Source: an uncultured Caldisericota bacterium (lineage in GTDB: Bacteria > Caldisericota > Caldisericia > UBA6126). From it: DNA of 64,000 bases. The notes below the pieces were generated by a model. It saw nothing but the letters and a program-made list of their open reading frames with translations. It made no database searches and was not told the origin of the DNA. This document shows, in pieces, positions 19,315 to 27,085 of the stretch (positions within the stretch are counted from its first letter, which is position 1; every line of letters starts with the position of its first letter). The DNA is taken from positions 42,677 through 106,676 of the forward strand of contig CAZBOU010000003.1 of NCBI GenBank assembly GCA_964493625.1, read 5' to 3'. Both the position numbers and the translations under genes were made by a program.

Positions 19315-20295
19315 TTATCCTTTCTGCAATCTGTCAGCTACATCCAATGCAGAGTATGAAATGATCATATCTGCCCCAGCTCTTTTCATAGACACTAAGG
19401 TTTCCATTACGATTTGGTCGTATTGAATCCAACCTTGTATTGCTGCAGCTTTCATCATGGCATATTCTCCACTCACACTATAGGCAACAATTGGTTGGTG
19501 GATAACGGGTCGAAGCTTTGCAATGATGTCTAAATAAGCAAGTGCAGGTTTGACAATAATCATGTCTGCGCCTTCTTCAATATCAGAGGAAGCTTCAAGA
19601 AAAGCTTCTCGAGAGCGTGCAAAATCCATTTGATACGTTTTTCGATCACCGAATGTAGGGGCGCATTGTGCAGCGTCGCGGAAGGGACCGTAATAACTGG
19701 AAGCATATTTCACAGAGTACGACAAAATGGGTGTCATGTTATAACCTTCCTGGTCAAGGAGGGTGCGGATGTGACTTACTCTTCCATCCATCATATCCGA
19801 TGGAGCTACCATATCGGCTCCAGCTTGTGCATGAGAAAGAGCAACTTTGGCAATGCTACAAGCGGAGTCGTCGTTGTTTATTATTCCTCTTTTGTTTACA
19901 AGGCCGCAATGACCCGATGTTGTATAACTGCAAAGACAAACATCAGTGATGATAGCAAGCCCTGGGACGGCATTTTTAATTTCTTTGACAGCATTTTGCA
20001 CAATACCTTCTGGTTGATAAGCATGAGAACCATCTTCTTTTTTTGAAGCGGGAACACCAAAAAGAAGAATTGCATGAATGCCTCTTTTGTAAACTTCTTT
20101 GACATGCTGCGCAATGGAAGAAAGAGGATATTGGAAAATAGAAGGCATAGAAGGGATAGATTTTGGCTCAGAAATATCTTCCGCTACAAACATAGGGTAG
20201 ATAAGATCGGTAGGATGAAGGCACACATCTTGCACCATGCTTCGTACGGTTTTATTTTGACGCAAACGACGTAATCGATGAATTGGATATGTCAT
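19315..20295 (-). CDS. hemB: Porphobilinogen synthase (delta-aminolevulinate dehydratase)
   Basis: The protein has an active-site region around KPALAYLDII and N-terminal RLRRLRQ typical of HemB. The start chosen is MTYPIHRL, which abuts the stop of the upstream gene. Confidence 0.9.
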   Translation of the reverse strand: MTYPIHRLRRLRQNKTVRSMVQDVCLHPTDLIYPMFVAEDISEPKSIPSMPSIFQYPLSSIAQHVKEVYKRGIHAILLFGVPASKKEDGSHAYQPEGIVQNAVKEIKNAVPGLAIITDVCLCSYTTSGHCGLVNKRGIINNDDSACSIAKVALSHAQAGADMVAPSDMMDGRVSHIRTLLDQEGYNMTPILSYSVKYASSYYGPFRDAAQCAPTFGDRKTYQMDFARSREAFLEASSDIEEGADMIIVKPALAYLDIIAKLRPVIHQPIVAYSVSGEYAMMKAAAIQGWIQYDQIVMETLVSMKRAGADMIISYSALDVADRLQKG

Positions 20296-21476
20296 TTTTT
20301 GATGTCCTTTGTTATCATTTCTTCCGAAAGGTAACAAGCAGGATCCTCATCCCAAATGTCTCCTTTCGTTGACTTTGCACGGATACGGCAACCAGCGCAT
20401 AAAGTCTTATAATCGCAACCACCACATTTCCCTTTTACATGTTGAGGTTTGTTTCGAAGTGCGTCCATAAGTGGATGTGGTCTGTTCCATATGACACTAA
20501 AGGGTGTTTCTCGAATATTTCCTATGGATTCATCTTGCCAAAATTGACATGGATGTACATCACCTGTTGGGCCAACATTGCTGAATTTTGTACCGGCTGA
20601 ACATCCTCCATGGAGGGCAAGGAGCTTCATAATCTCCTGAGAACGCTGCGGATTTTCTTTCAGTATTTTGTGATACAGGTAAATACCGTCAGCGTGATTG
20701 TCGGTGGTTAATACCTCGGTTTTCACACCTCTTTTAGCAAAATCATAGACTCTCTGGCATATGTACTCAACAACACTTTGCATTTCTTCATGGGAAAGAT
20801 CTTCCTTTGCAGCATCAGTCGCCCTTCCAGCATAAACAAGGTGGTAAATGCAAAAGCGAGGAATTTGTTCCTTTTCTACAAGATCAAAAATGCTGGGTAA
20901 GTCTTTGAAGTTCGACTTTGTTAGAGTCATTCGAATACCTGTTTTTAAACCGGCCTTTTGAGACTCTCGTATTCCTTGTAATGCAGCATCAAAGGAACCT
21001 TTCTTATGTCGAAAATAGTCATGCGTTTCTGGTTTTCCATCAATACTTACACCGACATACATGATGCCGGAGTCTTTTAGTTGTTTTGCTACGGAAGGAG
21101 TAATCAGCGTTCCGTTTGTAGATAAAACAGGACGCAACCCTTTTGTAGAAGCCACCTGAATAAGTTCGAACAAATCTTTGCGCATCAAAGGTTCTCCGCC
21201 AGAGAATAATAGAACTGGCACTTGTGAATCTGCTAAGTCTTGTATGAAGATCTTTGCTTCTTGCGTTGTAAGTTCATTATCATACGATTGATCCTGGGCA
21301 TTTATATAGCAATGACGGCACTGTAAATTGCATCGATTGGTTGCATTCCAAACTACCAAGGGCCTGTTAATATCAGAGAATTGTAATAGATGAGGTGGTA
21401 TATTTTTCTGATGCTGTTTCTGGATCACCTCTGAAACGGTCGCTGTACCACATAATAACTTTGTAAATCCAATCAT
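20292..21476 (-). CDS. NirJ-like radical SAM/SPASM enzyme of the alternative heme pathway (AhbC or AhbD)
   Basis: The protein is 394 aa. It has a CNLQCRHC radical SAM motif and a C-terminal KCGGCDY...CAGC SPASM-like cluster. It is a paralogue of the 18319-19311 gene. Confidence 0.7.
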   Translation of the reverse strand: MIGFTKLLCGTATVSEVIQKQHQKNIPPHLLQFSDINRPLVVWNATNRCNLQCRHCYINAQDQSYDNELTTQEAKIFIQDLADSQVPVLLFSGGEPLMRKDLFELIQVASTKGLRPVLSTNGTLITPSVAKQLKDSGIMYVGVSIDGKPETHDYFRHKKGSFDAALQGIRESQKAGLKTGIRMTLTKSNFKDLPSIFDLVEKEQIPRFCIYHLVYAGRATDAAKEDLSHEEMQSVVEYICQRVYDFAKRGVKTEVLTTDNHADGIYLYHKILKENPQRSQEIMKLLALHGGCSAGTKFSNVGPTGDVHPCQFWQDESIGNIRETPFSVIWNRPHPLMDALRNKPQHVKGKCGGCDYKTLCAGCRIRAKSTKGDIWDEDPACYLSEEMITKDIKK

Positions 21477-21484
21477 AATAACCT

Positions 21485-23020
21485 CTATTTCTCGCTTTGT
21501 TTCAAGGATTGAATAACTGTATCACACAGTCCTTTAATAGTATGCTCTTGAGAAACAATTGGTTCCATCACTCCATATTTCTTGGCTGCACTAGCAGTAA
21601 TGGGACCGATACAAATGCAAGCTTTTCCAAGAATTTTTCTTTGTAGAGCTGGAGGGATCCGTTGAAAAAAACCATGCACGCAAGAGGCACTAGTAAAAGT
21701 GATAGCATCGATCTTTTGTGTCAAAATTTTATCTATTTGTGTAGTTGGAAGACTTGTATCGTACACAGACTCATAGAGACAATGTTCATGTACACAACAC
21801 TGGGTTTCTACAAGTTTATCAAATAGAAAGGTTCGGGCCTTTTTTGCCCGAGGAAGCAAAACATTCATTCCTGGTTGTACATGTTTTTGTAAAGAATCCC
21901 ACAAAGATTCAGCTACATACTTTTGAGGAAGAAGATCAGGAGAGATACCATGTTTCTGTAGCTCTTTTTGCGTCGATGGACCAATACATGCAATCTTATT
22001 ACCATGCAAGGCACGGGCATCCATATTCCATTGTGAAAGCTTTTCAAAAAAGAATTGTACCCCATTCACACTAGAGAAAATAATCCAATCGAAGGAAGAA
22101 ATAGAACGAATGTCTTTTTCAAAAGAATCGTCCAATGGTAGTCTTCTAATATCGATGGAAGGCATTGACAGTACATTGGCTCCGAGTTTCAACAAGCGCT
22201 CTCGTAGCAAACTTGTTTGGTCTTTTGTTCTTGTTATCAAAATGGTTTTATTCCAAAGTGGTCGCTTATCAAACCAAGAAATCGATGTATGCAGGGGAAC
22301 CGTATTTCCAATGATAATAATGGAGGGAGGATGAATCTTTTCTTCTTGCACTCGCTGTTGAATATCTTCTAGCGTTCCTACTACAGTTCGCTGCTTTGGA
22401 GTGGTGCCTTGTTCAATGACGGCAACGGGGGTACGTTTATCTTTTCCCGCAGACAGTAAATGACTTACAATCGTAGGAAGGTTGCGGATCCCCATTAAGA
22501 TCACCAATGTATCAACACTATGTGCAATATGTTCCCAGGGATAATCTTCAATTGACGATTCGTCCTGAGTGTGACCTGTAATGACAGAAAAACTTGTAGA
22601 GAGCCCACGATGTGTAACAGGAATACCAGCGTATTCTGCAACAGCAATGGCAGAAGTAATTCCAGGAACAATTTCAAAATTGATATCATGTTGCTTCAGA
22701 AACAACGCCTCTTCACCACCACGGCCAAAAACAAAAGGGTCTCCCCCTTTTAATCGAACAACAATCTTTTCATGATGGGCATATTTCTTAAGAATTTTGT
22801 GAATATCATCTTGCGAAACACTGGCACCATTGGGATTTTTACCAACATAGATGCAAGTAGCTTTTGGAGGAAACATTTCTTTAATTGCTTGGCTGACCAA
22901 TCGGTCGTATATAATGACATCAGCGGTATCAATTAGCTCTTTTGCTTGCAAAGTCAGAAGCTTGGGATCCCCTGGTCCAACACCTACTAAATAAACGTTC
23001 AGTTGATCACTTTTTCTCAT
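21485..23020 (-). CDS. cobA-hemD: Bifunctional uroporphyrinogen-III C-methyltransferase / uroporphyrinogen-III synthase
   Basis: The protein is 511 aa. The N-terminus VYLVGVGPGDPKLLTLQA matches the SUMT/CobA tetrapyrrole methylase fold, and the C-terminal half has HemD-like repeats. Confidence 0.85.
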   Translation of the reverse strand: MRKSDQLNVYLVGVGPGDPKLLTLQAKELIDTADVIIYDRLVSQAIKEMFPPKATCIYVGKNPNGASVSQDDIHKILKKYAHHEKIVVRLKGGDPFVFGRGGEEALFLKQHDINFEIVPGITSAIAVAEYAGIPVTHRGLSTSFSVITGHTQDESSIEDYPWEHIAHSVDTLVILMGIRNLPTIVSHLLSAGKDKRTPVAVIEQGTTPKQRTVVGTLEDIQQRVQEEKIHPPSIIIIGNTVPLHTSISWFDKRPLWNKTILITRTKDQTSLLRERLLKLGANVLSMPSIDIRRLPLDDSFEKDIRSISSFDWIIFSSVNGVQFFFEKLSQWNMDARALHGNKIACIGPSTQKELQKHGISPDLLPQKYVAESLWDSLQKHVQPGMNVLLPRAKKARTFLFDKLVETQCCVHEHCLYESVYDTSLPTTQIDKILTQKIDAITFTSASCVHGFFQRIPPALQRKILGKACICIGPITASAAKKYGVMEPIVSQEHTIKGLCDTVIQSLKQSEK

Positions 23021-23939
23021 TGGTATCCATTTCTTTCAAAACAGTGCTTACTCCTTGGGATTGCAGATCTTTGAATGCTTCTTTAGCAACTTCTATCCAT
23101 TCTTCTGCATATCCAGTTTGTTTGGTTTCACATTTTGTTTTTCCATCCAAAGAGACAATACAAGCATGTAGGTCAATGGTGTTATGACAGATCGTTGCAA
23201 TAGCTCCAAATGGTGTGTGGCATCCACCACCAAGAAGAGAAAGCAAGATTCGTTCACAGGAAGTTTCTAGAAATGTTTTTGAATCGTTTATCAAAGAGAC
23301 GATTTCATGGATGGGAGAATTTTTCAGTGTTTCCAATGCAATGGCACCTTGTCCTGGAGAAGGCAACATAATAGATGGAGGGAGGATGGATTGAATGTGG
23401 GACTCCATATTGCATCTCTTTAAACCCGCAAAAGCCATGATTGTCCCATCTATTTTTCCGGTCATGCACTTGTTGTAGCGTGTTTGAACGTTGCCCCTGA
23501 TGGGCACGCACTGTAAATCTGGACGATACGACAAGAGAAATGCTCTACGACGAACACTAGAAGTTGCTACTATTCCGGCATTGGGTATATCGTCAATCGA
23601 TCTATAGCAGCACGAAAGAAAAGCATCGCGGGGATCTTCTCGTTTCAGCACGCCAGATAACTGAAATGGAGTAGAAAGAACCACTGGTAGGTCTTTTAAA
23701 CTATGAACTGCAATGTCGATGTCTTTATTCAAAAGGGATTTCTCAATTTCCTCGGTAAATATTCCCTTTCCTCCGATTTCTGTTAAGCACTGCTTTTGAT
23801 TCTGATCTCCCGATGTATCGAAAGGAATGATTTCAACATGTGGAATGCCTAGTTTTTGCAGTTCTTCTTTTACAAGCTCCGATTGTTTCATGGCGAGAAT
23901 GCTTTTTCGTGACCCGATACGAATTTTATTCATGCTCAC
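23007..23939 (-). CDS. hemC: Hydroxymethylbilane synthase (porphobilinogen deaminase)
   Basis: The protein is 310 aa. The N-terminus IRIGSRKSILAMKQSE is diagnostic for HemC. Confidence 0.9.
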   Translation of the reverse strand: MSMNKIRIGSRKSILAMKQSELVKEELQKLGIPHVEIIPFDTSGDQNQKQCLTEIGGKGIFTEEIEKSLLNKDIDIAVHSLKDLPVVLSTPFQLSGVLKREDPRDAFLSCCYRSIDDIPNAGIVATSSVRRRAFLLSYRPDLQCVPIRGNVQTRYNKCMTGKIDGTIMAFAGLKRCNMESHIQSILPPSIMLPSPGQGAIALETLKNSPIHEIVSLINDSKTFLETSCERILLSLLGGGCHTPFGAIATICHNTIDLHACIVSLDGKTKCETKQTGYAEEWIEVAKEAFKDLQSQGVSTVLKEMDTNEKK

Positions 23940-25257
23940 TCGATGAATTCTTTTTTGCAGTCTTTTTCTTATAAAGTGTTTTTGAGGTCTCTTCTAGATG
24001 AAATAGTTGGTGCAAAAGCAGTATTGAATCCATGGAATGGCCCGTTGCAAGAATGTGCTTCTTTGCTTCTTGTATGGGATAATGTAATAGGCCATATGTA
24101 ATAGAATGAGCAAGATCGTTTAGGATTCGTTCCTGCGTTTCGGTTAAAGTACCAAATCGACGAATAGCACGAGATAACTCTTTGTTCTTAACAGATTCAG
24201 AAAATGACTTGAGAGCTTCGATAGTAGGGTCAATATGCTTGGTTTGGAGCCATTGGGAAAAGCTTTGAAGTTCGTCTTGAATACAATGGGATACTTTTTG
24301 TATTTCGTCGGTTCGATTTTTCATGGCATTTTGTATTCGAGTAGCGAGAGTATCCATATCGATCAATTGAATTCCTGCAATGTCGCTTACGTCGGGTGAA
24401 ATACTTCGTGGTACTGAAAGGTCAATAAAAAGTTTTGGGCATTGTGAAAGTAGGAATTTGGGTTGAGAAATCATGTCACTTGTAAGAAATGGTTGATCAG
24501 CTCGTATGCAACTAATCACCATATTAACAGAGGGCAGGATGGTAGGAATATCGTGCAAATCAATAATGTGAATGGGAGGTTCAATGTCGTGAAACCATTT
24601 TACTTTTTGTGGATTTCTACATGCTACAGTGATGCAATGGGGTTGTTTTTTTGCGAACGTTTTCACGACATCGGTTCCCATTTCACCTGAACCAAGTACC
24701 AATATATTACAGTCATGCATTGAAGGAAATGCTTCTTTGCAAATATCTATGCACAAACCTGGATACGATAAGGAATGTTGATTAATTTCAGTGTTTGTTC
24801 GCACTTTCTTTCCTACATGAATTGCTTTTTGAAACAAGGAGTGGATAACTTTGTCGGCAGCATTCCTATCGAGAGAATACTGATAAGCATCACGTATCTG
24901 ATGGAGGATTTGATCCTCTCCAAGTAACAAAGAATCTAGACCCGAGGCAACATGAAAAAGATGTTCAACAGCTTGGATACATTGGTATTCTACGAAGCAG
25001 TGACCAAATTCTGCAGGTGATAAAGTAGTGGAAGAGAAGAAGATGTTTTGTAGGAGTGTTTTGGTTTTGTCGAGTTGATCTGTTGATATATAGACTTCAA
25101 AACGGTTGCATGTGTAAAGAAGTACACAACCATGAATAGACTCGTCGTTCACTAATGAGTTGTAGAACTCATCAATATTAGTTTCCAATGATGAAATCTT
25201 TTCTCGCAGCTTAAAAGTCGCTGTTTTATGGTTTAACGCAAGTGCGTAAATATACAA
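23926..25257 (-). CDS. hemA: Glutamyl-tRNA reductase
   Basis: The protein is 443 aa. It has NHKTA near the N-terminus, the catalytic-Cys region LLYTCNRFEVY, and an NAD-binding GSGEMG motif. Confidence 0.9.
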   Translation of the reverse strand: MYIYALALNHKTATFKLREKISSLETNIDEFYNSLVNDESIHGCVLLYTCNRFEVYISTDQLDKTKTLLQNIFFSSTTLSPAEFGHCFVEYQCIQAVEHLFHVASGLDSLLLGEDQILHQIRDAYQYSLDRNAADKVIHSLFQKAIHVGKKVRTNTEINQHSLSYPGLCIDICKEAFPSMHDCNILVLGSGEMGTDVVKTFAKKQPHCITVACRNPQKVKWFHDIEPPIHIIDLHDIPTILPSVNMVISCIRADQPFLTSDMISQPKFLLSQCPKLFIDLSVPRSISPDVSDIAGIQLIDMDTLATRIQNAMKNRTDEIQKVSHCIQDELQSFSQWLQTKHIDPTIEALKSFSESVKNKELSRAIRRFGTLTETQERILNDLAHSITYGLLHYPIQEAKKHILATGHSMDSILLLHQLFHLEETSKTLYKKKTAKKNSSSEHE

Positions 25258-25874
25258 TTCTCCACCTTATCTTGAACCTCTTTCAAAGTTTTGTTTTCTA
25301 GATCATCTATTATACCATCATACAATACCTGTTTCATTACAGATTGTCTCTGTTTAGAATCTTTACAAGAAGCTTTCATATTTTTGCGAAGGCGTCCTAG
25401 AAAACAGACAAATTCGCCGTACTTTGGGGGAATTACCTCCTCGAGCTTTTTTCGAAGGAGCTTTGCAAAGCCGGGGCATTGTCCTTGCGTGGATATTGCA
25501 ATCATCAAAGAACCTCGTCGAACAATAGAAGGAACATAGAAATCACAATTTGGCGGATCGTCAATAGCATTTACCATAATACTCTTTTGATTGGCAATTG
25601 CTTTTACCTTTTCATTGATACTTCTATCATTGGTGGCGGAGAAAACCAAGCTCATGTTGTGTACGTCCATGTCACGAAATTCTCTTTGTATTAAATGAAC
25701 AAGCTTCTGCTGATTCCAGGAGGCTATTTCTTTTGTAATCGCAGGGCTCACAACGGTGATGATACAGCCAGTATTGAGCAAAGCGTGTATTTTTTGAGTG
25801 GCAATAGAACCCCCACCAACAACCAATACTTTTTTTTGATCCAATTGTAAGTATACGGGATATAGATCTTTCAT
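25233..25874 (-). CDS. sirC: Precorrin-2 dehydrogenase / sirohydrochlorin ferrochelatase (siroheme synthase N-terminal domain, Met8/SirC-like)
   Basis: The sequence has a Rossmann motif KVLVVGGGSIATQK. Its length of about 214 aa from MKDLYPV fits SirC/CysG-N. The longer ORF-track start at 25934 lacks an RBS. Confidence 0.75.
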   Translation of the reverse strand: MKDLYPVYLQLDQKKVLVVGGGSIATQKIHALLNTGCIITVVSPAITKEIASWNQQKLVHLIQREFRDMDVHNMSLVFSATNDRSINEKVKAIANQKSIMVNAIDDPPNCDFYVPSIVRRGSLMIAISTQGQCPGFAKLLRKKLEEVIPPKYGEFVCFLGRLRKNMKASCKDSKQRQSVMKQVLYDGIIDDLENKTLKEVQDKVENCIFTHLR

Positions 25875-25978
25875 ATAGCCACCCTTCGATAATTTCTTAC
25901 AAGAGAGAGCGCATAGGAGAACAAAAACATGCAACTAGCATGTAAAGTACTATATGTTTTGTAACATTTTTTTTACAT

Positions 25979-26674
25979 TTATCGGACATTAACCTGTTGA
26001 ATATATTCTTTGCAAACAGTTTGGAATTTTTCTAACAATGGAAGAGGTGTGCGAGGTTTTTTTTGATAAGAAGGATCCGGAAGATTGTTTCTTGGGACAA
26101 ATGGTTGTAAGATAAAACGTTTTGCAGCCGTGATTTCCTTACAAATCTGTATCATGTCAGACACGGAATGTAGACCTGGCACGACTGTTGTTCGTATTTC
26201 ATAGTCAACACCGCTATCTTTAATGAGATCTAAACTTCGGTTAATTGATTCTTTAGAAACACTTGTTTGTGTTAACTGTGAAAGCTTTTCTATAGGCATT
26301 TTGTAATCCATCGCGATGGTATCTAGGTATGGTAGCGCACTTTGAAGCGTACTTGGAAAGGAACCTTGTGTATCCAATTTTATCCTGAATCCATAAGACT
26401 TTATGATATGAAGAGTATCTGGTAGGATGGGTGACATTGTAGGCTCACCACCGGAGATAGAAATGGCGTCTATCCAATTCTCCTTAGCATGAGCAAGAAT
26501 TTTTTCTAAATCACAAGAGCGAATACATTCTTTCTTTGTAGGAATCAGCTCTGGGTTGTGACAATACCTACATTTGAAATTACAACCTGCAGTAAACATA
26601 AGCAGTGAAATGTGACCCTCATAATCAATGGTAGATTCCTTGGGGAGATACGTGTATATAGAAGTAGGTTTCAT
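25979..26674 (-). CDS. nrdG: Anaerobic ribonucleoside-triphosphate reductase activating protein
   Basis: The radical SAM motif CNFKCRYCHNP and a length of about 230 aa fit NrdG. The gene lies immediately downstream of nrdD. Confidence 0.8.
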   Translation of the reverse strand: MKPTSIYTYLPKESTIDYEGHISLLMFTAGCNFKCRYCHNPELIPTKKECIRSCDLEKILAHAKENWIDAISISGGEPTMSPILPDTLHIIKSYGFRIKLDTQGSFPSTLQSALPYLDTIAMDYKMPIEKLSQLTQTSVSKESINRSLDLIKDSGVDYEIRTTVVPGLHSVSDMIQICKEITAAKRFILQPFVPRNNLPDPSYQKKPRTPLPLLEKFQTVCKEYIQQVNVR

Positions 26675-26675
26675 T

Positions 26676-27071
26676 TTATACCGTTTTCTTTGCAATATCC
26701 AACAAATCGAGAATGTCGTCTTGGGTTATGTAATGGTGGTTTGCATAGTCGGTTTGTAGTTGCAAATAGGTAGGCATGTATTCAATTCCTTGATTCTTAT
26801 TTTTTAGCGGCTTTCTTGGATCTATTATTTTTTCATAGCAATCCGTTTTTCTATTCCATTTCATGATTTGTAATGCTGGGATTCTTTGTCCATTAATTGT
26901 TTCTGCCTTTGCATACACAACAAGACCTTCCATTTTGGAAAGGTTTTGATAGTCAGCAAAAAAAATTGGTTCCGAATGTTGAAGGACTTCTGTTACAGTT
27001 TTTTGTAATTCTTTGCAGTGCGGACAATTGTCTTTGCCATATACCACGATCATGAATTCTTTTTTCTCCAT
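26676..27071 (-). CDS. Glutaredoxin/NrdH-like thioredoxin-fold protein
   Basis: The protein has the motif VVYGKDNCPHCKELQK (CPHC active site). It lies between nrdD and nrdG. The start chosen is MEKKEF, with AAGGA 6 nt upstream. Confidence 0.55.
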   Translation of the reverse strand: MEKKEFMIVVYGKDNCPHCKELQKTVTEVLQHSEPIFFADYQNLSKMEGLVVYAKAETINGQRIPALQIMKWNRKTDCYEKIIDPRKPLKNKNQGIEYMPTYLQLQTDYANHHYITQDDILDLLDIAKKTV

Positions 27072-27085
27072 GTAAATCCTTCTTT

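Noticed and set aside
19630-20274. Plus-strand ORFs inside hemB (19630-20046, 19668-19949, 20074-20274)
   Set aside because: They are antisense to a highly conserved hemB coding region and are spurious.
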